Shown piece by piece: positions 1 through 8,566 of a DNA stretch of 48,139 nucleotides; within the stretch, counting starts at the first letter, position 1; the number at the start of each line of letters is the position of its first letter. The notes under the pieces are model-generated. The model had not been told where the DNA came from. It saw only the letters and a list, made by a program, of their open reading frames with translations, and made no database searches. Source of the DNA: Candidatus Woesearchaeota archaeon (GTDB taxonomy: Archaea; Nanobdellota; Nanobdellia; Pacearchaeales; GW2011-AR1); assembly GCA_964470085.1 (NCBI GenBank), contig CAYXZJ010000002.1, positions 1,467 to 49,605 of the forward strand, written 5' to 3'. A program made the position numbers and the translations under genes.

Positions 1-112
1 TCTGACATCTGACATCCGACATCTGACTTCCGATATCCGACTTCTGACATCTGACGTCTGACTTCCGACTTCTGACTTCCGATATCTGATCTCCGACATC
101 CGACGTCTGATT
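1..112. repeat. Tandem heptanucleotide repeat, 16 units of TCYGAYN, starting at the window edge
   Basis: Read directly: tctgaca tctgaca tccgaca tctgact tccgata tccgact tctgaca tctgacg tctgact tccgact tctgact tccgata tctgatc tccgaca tccgacg tctgatt. The period is exactly 7 nt over 1-112, and the stretch is visibly more G+C-rich than its flanks. Confidence 0.95.
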
Positions 113-1177
113 CTCAATAACCTGTTTAATTTCTATTCCATATTTCTTTGCAAATTCATAATCTCTTTTATCGTGAGCAGGAACAGCCATAACCATTCCA
201 GCACCATAATCACTAACGACAAAGTTCCCTGCATATACTGGAACTTTTGTTCCATTAGCAGGATTTATAGCATAAGAACCCGTAAAAACTCCTAACTTGT
301 CCATATCAGCCATTTCTTTTTCAGAAACACTTTTTAAATTTTCCAAGAATTTTTCAACTTCTTTTTTTTGTTTTGAAGTCACAAGTTTCATTAAATCCTT
401 ATGCTGAGCAGAAACGACCATAAATGTAACACCAAAAATAGTGTCAGGCCTTGTTGTAAAAATCTTCCAATCCTCATCGTTAATTTTAAAAATAATTTCA
501 TTTCCAAAACTTTTTCCTATCCAATTTTTTTGCATTGAAATAGTTTTATCTGGCCAATTAAGCGAATCGTGACCACTCAATAATCTATCAGCATAATCGG
601 TAATTTTCAAGAACCATTGTTTCATTTGTTTAATTTCTATTTTTGTATTACATCTATCACAATACCCACCTTGAGCTTGTTCGTTTGAAATAACAGTATT
701 ACAATTAGAACACCAATTAACAGCAGATTCTTTTTGATAAGCTAAACCTTTTTCAAACATTTTTAAAAAAATCCACTGATCCCAACGATAATATTCAGGA
801 TCTGACGTACTAATACATCTATTCCAATCATATGTAAGCCCCAACATTTTTTGTTGTTTCATAAAGTTAGCAATTGATCTTTTTGTATAATCTTCTGGAT
901 GTATACCTTCTTTTATTGCAGCATTTTCGGCCGGTAAACCCAAAGAATCATAACCAACAGGGTGTAAAACATTATATCCTTGCATTAATTTAAATCTAGC
1001 AACAACGTCCCCAATTGTATAATTAAAAGCATGGCCTATGTGCAACCCCGCAGCAGAAGGATACGAGAACATCTCTAATGTATAATATTTTTTTTTAGAA
1101 ACATCTTCTGTAGGAGAAAATATTTTATTTTTTTCCCATCTATCTTGCCATTTTTTTTCTATTTCACTAAAATTCAT
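1..1177 (-). CDS. leuS: Leucyl-tRNA synthetase, bacterial type, N-terminal ~392 codons; the ORF runs off the left edge
   Basis: Absent from the ORF track because it is open at the edge. ATG at 1177. Hand translation: MNFSEIEKKWQDRWEKNKIF..YYTLEMFSYPSAAGLHIGHAFNYTIGDVVARFKLMQGYNVLHPVGYDSLGLPAENAA (HIGH motif), TTRPDTIFGVTF, AVPAHDKRDYEFAKKYGIEIKQVI. No stop over 392 codons in an AT-rich genome. Confidence 0.9.
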   Translation of the reverse strand, partial: MNFSEIEKKWQDRWEKNKIFSPTEDVSKKKYYTLEMFSYPSAAGLHIGHAFNYTIGDVVARFKLMQGYNVLHPVGYDSLGLPAENAAIKEGIHPEDYTKRSIANFMKQQKMLGLTYDWNRCISTSDPEYYRWDQWIFLKMFEKGLAYQKESAVNWCSNCNTVISNEQAQGGYCDRCNTKIEIKQMKQWFLKITDYADRLLSGHDSLNWPDKTISMQKNWIGKSFGNEIIFKINDEDWKIFTTRPDTIFGVTFMVVSAQHKDLMKLVTSKQKKEVEKFLENLKSVSEKEMADMDKLGVFTGSYAINPANGTKVPVYAGNFVVSDYGAGMVMAVPAHDKRDYEFAKKYGIEIKQVIENQTSDVGDQISEVRSRKSDVRCQKSDIGSQMSDVRCQ

Positions 1178-1271
1178 TTCTACCATCTCTTATCAAGCAG
1201 AATTTATTATAAAAATCTAACGTTCACAAAATTACAACAATTAATAAAAACAAAACCAACAATATAGATAC

Positions 1272-1718
1272 ATGACAGAAATGTGGGACGAACAATTAAT
1301 GTGGTCAAAATATCACATTGCAGTTTCAAAAAGATTAGTTGAGAATTTCTCAAACTATGAAGAAAAACGATTTTTAATCGCAATAATCAATGAACTTGCA
1401 ACAACAGCAACTCACGTAATAAACGCATTTCTAATTTATACAAAAATAAAATATAATGTATATCTTTCAAATAAAGCAAATGAAAGATTAGAAACCCTCA
1501 AAAAACAAATAAAAAAAAATACATTAACAGAACAAGATTATAATACATTAATTCAAATAATTGAACTAAAAAGGACACAAAAGAAATCGCCTATTCAATA
1601 TCAGAAAAATGAAAAAATCCTTTTATTAAAAAATGAAAAATATATCTTCGTTTCTATAGAAACACTAAAAAATTTAACAGAAAAATTAGAAAAAATAATA
1701 AAAAATTTCCCGAATTAA
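1272..1718 (+). CDS. Hypothetical all-helical 148-aa protein; its 3' end overlaps the convergent nucleotidyltransferase gene by 4 nt
   Basis: Track ORF with no motif I recognise. No Rx4-6H HEPN motif. The C-terminal stretch SPIQYQKNEKILLLKNEKYIFV loosely resembles SRFRINNQKFNEDIFFLKDTFVV near the C-terminus of the neighbouring 618-aa protein. Confidence 0.5.
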   Translation: MTEMWDEQLMWSKYHIAVSKRLVENFSNYEEKRFLIAIINELATTATHVINAFLIYTKIKYNVYLSNKANERLETLKKQIKKNTLTEQDYNTLIQIIELKRTQKKSPIQYQKNEKILLLKNEKYIFVSIETLKNLTEKLEKIIKNFPN

Positions 1719-3571
1719 TATTCTAACTCAAAATCTCCAAATTCTTTCTTCAATATCTCTAAATCTTTATAATTAATTTTATTTTCTTTATCTTTTTGTT
1801 CCAATGTTTGTTTTTCTAATTCTTGACTAGTTGAATCAACAATCTTTCCCGAAACAATCTTTTTCACCCCTTTTTTATCTACAACAAAAGTATCTTTCAA
1901 AAAGAAAATATCTTCATTAAATTTTTGATTATTTATTCTAAATCTACTTCTGTCCATTGACAAGAAATCACATCTTTGACCATATTCAACTAAAGCATTA
2001 ATAACCTCACCACCTAGACTTCTCGCCTTTTCGATTTCTTTCGTAAATTTTAATCCCTTTTCTTTGTCGATTTTATCAGAAACTAATTTATTATATTCAA
2101 TAAAATCTTCATATATTTTAGCAACAGTTTTTATTGAATCCAAATATTTCTTGGGAAATTTTCCAGTTTTAATATACAATTTATCAAATTCCTTTATTAC
2201 AATATCTTCTTCTTGTTTATTAAATAATGCAAACAACATTCCAAACAAATCATTATATACTTGAGAAATACCTTTTTCCTGGTTTTTCTTTTCAATTTGT
2301 AATCTTAATTCTTTTAGTCGTTCAATATAAGCCAAAGCATCTTTTGTTAATTTATCGACTAACTTTCCATCAACCTCATTAGCTTTTACTTTACCATGTT
2401 CAAATCCCTTATAATATTTTATAGCAATTTCTTCTAACGTATCTGCATATTTTTCTTCTAATAATTTTTCCTTTTCAACAAATATTTCTTTTAATGATTT
2501 AACAGTATCTCTTGGACCTTGAGGAGCAGCACCATAAAGCATAAGTAATCCTTGCGTTGGAGTTAATGTGGTCCAATATAAATCGTGAATAATAATATCT
2601 AACAATTTTCTATCTATTGTCTCTTTCAATTTTTCTTTATCTCCAGCAGACATAAAAGTATCAATAGCTTCTGGCGAAGGTTTAATTCTTCCAGATTTTA
2701 ACAAACTTTTCCAAGGAAGAAATGCTCCACGATCATATAATGGTATACCATCTCGAATAAATGTAAACATAATCGGATGCGCGTCTTTAACGCTTTCCCA
2801 GAAATCAGTCAATAAATAGACTTGAACATTCAAATCAATTTTTGCTCCACCAACCGCGATGGCTTCTCCAATATACGACAAAATAATTCCTCTTAACTTT
2901 TCCAACAATTCGATTCTACCCATTCGTTTAACATCAGTATCATCAATAATTACAAAAACATCTACATCACTTGATTTCACAGCTTCACCACGAACAAAAC
3001 TTCCACCAATAGCATAGGTTGTAACATATTTTTCAAATTTTCTTAAAACCAAACTTTTATGTATTTGAGCAACCCTTACAGAAGCCAAAAATCCATTTTT
3101 ATCATAAACTGGATAACTCATAGCTAAAGCTTCAAACAATTCGAACTTAGAATCCAAACCAAAATTCCAAAAGTCAATTGGCGTTAAAATATTAATCCAA
3201 AGTTTCTCATTTATTTTTGAAGCAATAGAAATAACTTCATTTTTAAATTTGCCCAAATCTTTGAATTTATTTTCTGGAATTACAACTACCAAATGAATTA
3301 AACCCTTTTTTGTAAATTCTTCCTTTATTTCGAATTCCTCTTCTATAATTTTAGAAGCTTGAGCAGGAGCAATAGAAATCGCATTTACATATTTGTATTT
3401 TTTCTTTATTTCTTCAGCAAATTTCTCTATATCCTTTTTTGCTTTATCGGTTTCTTCCTTAATTATTTTTTTTCCAGAATCTTTAATCTTTGAAGACACG
3501 TCATCCGGAACATAGTCTTTATCTAAATTATTCTCGACAGAATCATTCTTCTTTACAGCCATAATAATCAA
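1715..3571 (-). CDS. Large nucleotidyltransferase-domain protein (Pol-beta/MNT superfamily) with long helical C-terminal region
   Basis: GGSFVRGEAVKSSDVDVFVIIDD matches the GS..x..DxD minimal NTase signature. An upstream segment (LIHLVVVIPENKF..) looks like a degenerate second NTase-like fold. A TATA-like box at ~3583-3592 favours a start at M4 (3562). Confidence 0.75.
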   Translation of the reverse strand: MIIMAVKKNDSVENNLDKDYVPDDVSSKIKDSGKKIIKEETDKAKKDIEKFAEEIKKKYKYVNAISIAPAQASKIIEEEFEIKEEFTKKGLIHLVVVIPENKFKDLGKFKNEVISIASKINEKLWINILTPIDFWNFGLDSKFELFEALAMSYPVYDKNGFLASVRVAQIHKSLVLRKFEKYVTTYAIGGSFVRGEAVKSSDVDVFVIIDDTDVKRMGRIELLEKLRGIILSYIGEAIAVGGAKIDLNVQVYLLTDFWESVKDAHPIMFTFIRDGIPLYDRGAFLPWKSLLKSGRIKPSPEAIDTFMSAGDKEKLKETIDRKLLDIIIHDLYWTTLTPTQGLLMLYGAAPQGPRDTVKSLKEIFVEKEKLLEEKYADTLEEIAIKYYKGFEHGKVKANEVDGKLVDKLTKDALAYIERLKELRLQIEKKNQEKGISQVYNDLFGMLFALFNKQEEDIVIKEFDKLYIKTGKFPKKYLDSIKTVAKIYEDFIEYNKLVSDKIDKEKGLKFTKEIEKARSLGGEVINALVEYGQRCDFLSMDRSRFRINNQKFNEDIFFLKDTFVVDKKGVKKIVSGKIVDSTSQELEKQTLEQKDKENKINYKDLEILKKEFGDFELEY

Positions 3572-3598
3572 AAAATAAAGAACTATAAAAAGGTAACG

Positions 3599-4237
3599 TT
3601 AATATTTGTCTTTATATCTTCCTCTGGTTTCAACTTTTCTCAATTGATCAAGAACCTTATCTCTCATACCACTTTTATCATCATTAGAATTATATCCTTC
3701 TAAAAACGCATTAAAAAGTTCATCAAAATTCATATAATGTTTTGCTTCTAAGGCCTGCTTTATCAAATGTAAATCAACTGCTCTATCTTCTATTTTGGTA
3801 GAAAAAAAACCAAGACCAAAATCAATAATAAAAATTTCTGAATCTTTTAAAATTGTATTTGATGTTGTCAAATCTCCATGAATAATATCATTTAAATGTA
3901 AAATAAATACTTGTTTACCCAATTTTTTCATAACTTCATGTTGTTTTTCTTTAGAATATTCATTTAATTTTTCAGAGAGTTTATCTCCAGAAATATATTC
4001 CATTTTTAATAAAAAATCATCTTTTGGAATATTGTGTTTATCTAAGTTTAAAACTGCTGGAACATTTACTCCAAACAATTTAGCTTTATACAATATTTTT
4101 CCTTCTTGTCTAGTTCTTCTAATTCTTATTTGTTTATCAATTATAGGATGTCTATATCCCTTAGAAATTCTTTCTTTAACAACAATTCCATCTTCCAAAT
4201 ATATTTTTGCTTCCGCTCCCTGTGAAATCATTTCCAT
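3599..4237 (-). CDS. bud32: Bud32/Kae1-associated atypical protein kinase (KEOPS subunit)
   Basis: ISQGAEAKIY..., catalytic loop IIHGDLTTSN, IIDFGLG. About 210 aa, the typical Bud32 size. The start overlaps the SRP54 stop as TAATG. Confidence 0.85.
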   Translation of the reverse strand: MEMISQGAEAKIYLEDGIVVKERISKGYRHPIIDKQIRIRRTRQEGKILYKAKLFGVNVPAVLNLDKHNIPKDDFLLKMEYISGDKLSEKLNEYSKEKQHEVMKKLGKQVFILHLNDIIHGDLTTSNTILKDSEIFIIDFGLGFFSTKIEDRAVDLHLIKQALEAKHYMNFDELFNAFLEGYNSNDDKSGMRDKVLDQLRKVETRGRYKDKY

Positions 4238-5610
4238 TAGAATTTAACCTTCCCCTTCATTTGTTTTGCAATTTTTTGCATCATTTTTTTATCAATTTGT
4301 CCACTTGCTAATTTGTCTGCACTCGAACTATATAACATATCTTTCAAAAGTTTATATTGTTTTAAAAGCATTCTTATTTCAGTTGTTGTCGTTCCACTAC
4401 CCTTAGCAACTCTAGCGATTCTAGAACTTTGCTTCTCTAAAATCTCAGGATTTTCAATTTCTTCCTCAGTCATAGAATTTATTGCTGATTTCCAACGAAC
4501 CATTTTCTTTTCCTGTTTCTCTAATTCAGATTTAGGAATCTTGTTAATTGCATTTCCTACGCCCGGAATCATAGATAATATTTTATCCATCGACCCCATA
4601 GAATTCATCTGTTCTAATTGAGAATAAACATCTAATAAAGTAAATTTACCTTCTTCTAATCTTTCAGCAGTTCTTTTAGTTTGACTCTCATCACTCATTG
4701 ATTTTACTTTTTCAATTAAACTAGACAAATCTCCCATACCCAAAAGACGATTAATAAAACCCTCAGGATCAAACAATTCAATGTCATGAACAAATTCTCC
4801 TGTACCAATAAAATAAACTGGCGCTCCTGTTTGAGAACATGCTGTTAATGCTCCACCTGCTTTTGATGTTCCATCCATTTTTGTAATTACAACACCATCT
4901 ATATTCAAAGCTTCCTTGAATTTTTCAACTTGCGATTGAGCCACCTGACCAACATCAGCACTCATTACGAGAAGTCTATAATCAGCTTTGACCGTTTTAT
5001 CAATTTTTTCAATTTGTTTAATTAAATCTTTATTCAATCCGTCACGCCCTGCTGTATCAACTAAAACTAAATCATAATTTTCCAATTCTTTTGAAAAATT
5101 TTTATAAATTTTAATCGGATCTTTTTCAACTTTATCAATAAAAACTTTTAACTTTACTTTTTCTCCCATTTGTTCTAATTGATCCATTGCAGCGGGTCTA
5201 TCTGTATCCAAACCAATCAAGGCAACTTTTTTTCCACGTTTAGCATAATAAAATCCTATTTTTGCAATACTAGTAGTTTTACCAGATCCATATAAACCAA
5301 TAAACATAATTTTTGATTTTTTATCTAACTTCAAATCCCTTGATTCTCCACCCAAAATTCTTAATATTTCATCATGAATCAAACTAATTAATTGCTCTTT
5401 TTTATCAATACCTTTAATATTTTCATCATAAGCTATTTTTTTTATTTTTTGCGTCAAAGTAAAAACCATATCAATATTAACATCAGACTCAATTAGGGCT
5501 CTTTGAATATCTTTTATTATACCATCAATCACTTTTTTATCTAAAGTTATAGCATTTCCAATACGTGTAAGTCCTTTCTTTAATGACTCTCCAATTTTTT
5601 CTAAAACCAT
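4237..5610 (-). CDS. srp54: Signal recognition particle protein SRP54
   Basis: GLYGSGKTTSIAK (G1), DTAGR (G3), TKMDGTSKAGGAL (G4/G5), and a Met-rich M domain (MNSMGSMDKILSMIPG). Confidence 0.95.
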   Translation of the reverse strand: MVLEKIGESLKKGLTRIGNAITLDKKVIDGIIKDIQRALIESDVNIDMVFTLTQKIKKIAYDENIKGIDKKEQLISLIHDEILRILGGESRDLKLDKKSKIMFIGLYGSGKTTSIAKIGFYYAKRGKKVALIGLDTDRPAAMDQLEQMGEKVKLKVFIDKVEKDPIKIYKNFSKELENYDLVLVDTAGRDGLNKDLIKQIEKIDKTVKADYRLLVMSADVGQVAQSQVEKFKEALNIDGVVITKMDGTSKAGGALTACSQTGAPVYFIGTGEFVHDIELFDPEGFINRLLGMGDLSSLIEKVKSMSDESQTKRTAERLEEGKFTLLDVYSQLEQMNSMGSMDKILSMIPGVGNAINKIPKSELEKQEKKMVRWKSAINSMTEEEIENPEILEKQSSRIARVAKGSGTTTTEIRMLLKQYKLLKDMLYSSSADKLASGQIDKKMMQKIAKQMKGKVKF

Positions 5611-5654
5611 AGAATTATACTCTTTTGCGCGTTTTTATACTTTTTCGCATGAAC

Positions 5655-7007
5655 TTATATCTTAACTATTTCGACTTCTAAGTTTTTTCTTAAAATTTCA
5701 ATAAATGATTCTTCTTTATTTTTTTCTATCGTACAACCAGCAGCCAATTGATGTCCACCAACTTCCGCAGAGGAATCTGGATTATCTATTTTAAATTCTA
5801 CGACCGTTTTCTCCATTAATTCTTTTAAATTTCGTCCATTACGTCCTGCAATTCTAGCAGAAACTTTAATTTTATCTTCGTTATAAGCCATACCTATCAA
5901 AATTGTACCTTCTGTATATGTAGGAGATGAAGAAAGCATAGAACAAATAGTTCCAATGATTGCATCATTTATTTTGTCATGAGCATTTAAAATTACAAAT
6001 TTATCTCCTTTTATTTTCTCCATATTTTCTGCAAGTCTTAATCCAGAAACTAACTCTTGCTTATACTCTGTATAAATATCCATCGCACGCTCTTTCGCTT
6101 TTTGGTTTTCTAAACAATATGACAATGCAATATCATGATATCCTAAACGAGAACAAGCATTAACTAATGTTGAAATTTCTCTAACATCTTCTTTAGTGTT
6201 AAAAAATTTTAAAACAAAAATACTTCCAAAAAGAGATTCATAATTTTCACCAGATGCCGCACATTTTACTGAAATTGCAGTAACTAAATTAGACATTTCA
6301 TTCTGATTCAAATCCAATAAAGATTTATCCTGTGAGATTCCACTATCTTTTAATAATTCATAAATACCAGCAGAATTAGCCGTAACTCCCGGAATATAAG
6401 GAGAAGTACAATAATAAAGTGCCTTCATTAGAGGTCTAGTAGCAGGATACAGTGTCAAACCCATCCGTAATTCCAAATCTGAACAATCTTTAATTATTTG
6501 TTTATTGATTACAGAATCGTTATTTTCATGTCTATCACCAATTAATCCTATTATTGCAATTTTCGCCAAATCAATATTATTAGGATTTATTTCTTTGGAA
6601 AATAAATAACAAATTCCCGCTCCAGTACAATCATTCGCTTCCGGATTATCTGTTAAATGTGGATTAATAATTCTAATATTTGAATTCAACTTGGTCGAAT
6701 CTATTTCGTGATGATCTAGAATAAATATTGGATTTGTCAATTTTTGAAAATAATCAAGAGATCCAGAAGCCAAATCACTAAATATTATTATATCATCCTT
6801 ATGATTAGTTAATTCTTCTTTTATTAATTCTTCATCAAGTCCTTTTATAATTCTTAAAGAAAAAGATTTATCCATACGACTAAGAGTCTTAACTAAAATA
6901 GCAGCAGAAGTTATACCATCTGCATCAAAATGTGAAATAACTCTTATTTTTTTATTTTCAGAATCCTTTCTAAAAGCCTCAACTACAGATTTCACCTCAT
7001 TTAACAT
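5655..7007 (-). CDS. DHH/DHHA1 phosphoesterase, RecJ-like (GAN/Cdc45-like) nuclease
   Basis: Motifs HFDADGITS, FSDLASG, LDHHE, GLIGDR and the DHHA1 motif GGHQLAAG. Confidence 0.8.
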   Translation of the reverse strand: MLNEVKSVVEAFRKDSENKKIRVISHFDADGITSAAILVKTLSRMDKSFSLRIIKGLDEELIKEELTNHKDDIIIFSDLASGSLDYFQKLTNPIFILDHHEIDSTKLNSNIRIINPHLTDNPEANDCTGAGICYLFSKEINPNNIDLAKIAIIGLIGDRHENNDSVINKQIIKDCSDLELRMGLTLYPATRPLMKALYYCTSPYIPGVTANSAGIYELLKDSGISQDKSLLDLNQNEMSNLVTAISVKCAASGENYESLFGSIFVLKFFNTKEDVREISTLVNACSRLGYHDIALSYCLENQKAKERAMDIYTEYKQELVSGLRLAENMEKIKGDKFVILNAHDKINDAIIGTICSMLSSSPTYTEGTILIGMAYNEDKIKVSARIAGRNGRNLKELMEKTVVEFKIDNPDSSAEVGGHQLAAGCTIEKNKEESFIEILRKNLEVEIVKI

Positions 7008-7077
7008 AGAATGAGAACCCTAACTTTACTTAAAAATATTTGTATAATTCTTTTCAAAAAAAACTAATATTTTATAA

Positions 7078-7431
7078 TTATTTTTTATCTTTACCGGAAA
7101 CACCATAATATTTCTTTGTCTTGTTCAAATGTGCTTGCGCTTTTTGTAATTTATGCTTTGCCTTTTTATCAGAAATATTATTTTTGTTATGTTCTTTTAA
7201 AGAATCAACCTTTTTAGAAGCATTAACTAGATCTTCTCTGTATTCTATTCCCAAATCTTTCAAATAATCACAAAGTTTTTTTCCAAATACACGAGTTGTA
7301 GGAATTCCATATTGATCCCGTAAAATCATACCAATTTGACTTGCTGGATATTTTGTAGCTAAATCACCTATAACTGCTTTCAACTCCGTTTCAGTCATTT
7401 TAACCCATGTCGGTTTTTCTAATTTTTCCAT
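7078..7431 (-). CDS. rps15: 30S ribosomal protein S15 (uS15/S13e type)
   Basis: PTWV...ELKAVIGDLATKYPASQIGMILRDQYGIP... and a C-terminal KHKLQKAQAHLNKTKKYY helix typical of archaeal S15. Confidence 0.85.
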   Translation of the reverse strand: MEKLEKPTWVKMTETELKAVIGDLATKYPASQIGMILRDQYGIPTTRVFGKKLCDYLKDLGIEYREDLVNASKKVDSLKEHNKNNISDKKAKHKLQKAQAHLNKTKKYYGVSGKDKK

Positions 7432-7510
7432 ATTTATTATGCGATTTTGTGGTTTTTAAAGGTAACTATAATTCAATTATAATTTATTTTAGATTAAATT
7501 ACATAAATAC

Positions 7511-7518
7511 TTATAAAT
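7511..7518 (+). promoter_or_regulatory. TATA-like box for rfcS (leaderless geometry)
   Basis: ttataaat is centred about 25 nt upstream of the ATG at 7539. Confidence 0.4.
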
Positions 7519-7538
7519 GATTTTCGTTTAAGTTGATA

Positions 7539-8564
7539 ATGGGTGAATATTATAATTCTGAGGTTTGGACTGAAAAATATAGACCAAAAAAGTTTGATGA
7601 AGTAGCCGGCCAAACAGAAATTGTAAAACGAGTAAAATCTTTAGTAAATTCAAATAACATACCGCACTTATTATTTGCAGGCCCAGCTGGAATTGGAAAA
7701 TCTACTCTTGCTTTAATTGTTGTAAAAGAACTTTTCGGAGAATCTTGGAGAGAAAATTATTTAGAGTTAAATGCTAGTGATGAAAGAGGAATTGATGTTG
7801 TAAGGCAAAAAGTAAAAGATTTTGCACGAACCAAAGCATTAGGCGATGTTCCATTTAAGGTCATATTTTTAGACGAAGCAGACGCTTTGACACGAGAAGC
7901 CCAACAAGCATTAAGAAGAACAATGGAAAATTTTACATCAACATGTAGATTTATTCTTTCTTGTAATTATTCATCAAAAATATTAGATCCAATACAGTCT
8001 CGTTGTGTTATCTTCAGATTTCAATTATTAGAGAAAAAAGACATCAAAAAAATCGTAGAACATATTTGCGAAAGAGAAGGATTAACAATTTCGGCTGATG
8101 GATTTGATGCACTTTATGAAGCAAGTGAAGGAGATTGTCGTAGAGTTACAAATCTATTACAAGCAACAGCTTCTATTAGTTCAAATATAACACCAGAACT
8201 TATTAACACAATAGTTGCAAAAGCAAAACCTTCCGATGTAAGAATAGTTATTGATTACGCACTTGCCGGAGACTTTTTCGCAAGTCGTGAAAAATTATTA
8301 AACATTATGTTAAGAGATAGTGTAAGTGGTTCAGATATAATTAAAGCAATTCAAAAAGAAATATGGAATCTCAATATAGATAATTATTTGAAAGTAAAAT
8401 TAATAGAAAAAACTGGAGAAGTTGAATTTCGTTTAGTAGAAGGCAGTGATGAATTTATTCAATTAGAGGCACTTTTAGCTAATTTTGTTCTTGCTGGAGA
8501 AGGAAAAATTTTAGAAAACGGGGATGTAAAAAGTGTTCGTGAAGAAAAATCTGGGGGAATTTAA
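7539..8564 (+). CDS. rfcS: Replication factor C small subunit
   Basis: WTEKYRPKKFDEV, Walker A GPAGIGKST, DEADALT, SRC motif. The track ORF begins at a TTG at 7533; the ATG at 7539 fits the TATA spacing better. Confidence 0.95.
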   Translation: MGEYYNSEVWTEKYRPKKFDEVAGQTEIVKRVKSLVNSNNIPHLLFAGPAGIGKSTLALIVVKELFGESWRENYLELNASDERGIDVVRQKVKDFARTKALGDVPFKVIFLDEADALTREAQQALRRTMENFTSTCRFILSCNYSSKILDPIQSRCVIFRFQLLEKKDIKKIVEHICEREGLTISADGFDALYEASEGDCRRVTNLLQATASISSNITPELINTIVAKAKPSDVRIVIDYALAGDFFASREKLLNIMLRDSVSGSDIIKAIQKEIWNLNIDNYLKVKLIEKTGEVEFRLVEGSDEFIQLEALLANFVLAGEGKILENGDVKSVREEKSGGI

Positions 8565-8566
8565 TT

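Noticed and set aside
1-112. Telomere-like terminal repeat of a linear replicon
   Set aside because: The array is continuous with, and in frame with, a truncated essential gene (leuS). A chromosome end in the middle of LeuRS is implausible, so an in-gene repeat or an assembly break is more likely.
1272-1718. Catalytic HEPN RNase partner for the NTase
   Set aside because: Neither protein has an Rx4-6H motif, so only a generic helical protein can be claimed.
2064-2264. 66-aa plus-strand ORF
   Set aside because: Antisense shadow inside the NTase gene.
4032-4247. 71-aa plus-strand ORF
   Set aside because: Antisense shadow inside bud32.
4313-4621. 102-aa plus-strand ORF
   Set aside because: Antisense shadow inside srp54.
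5960-6163. 67-aa plus-strand ORF
   Set aside because: Antisense shadow inside the RecJ-like gene.
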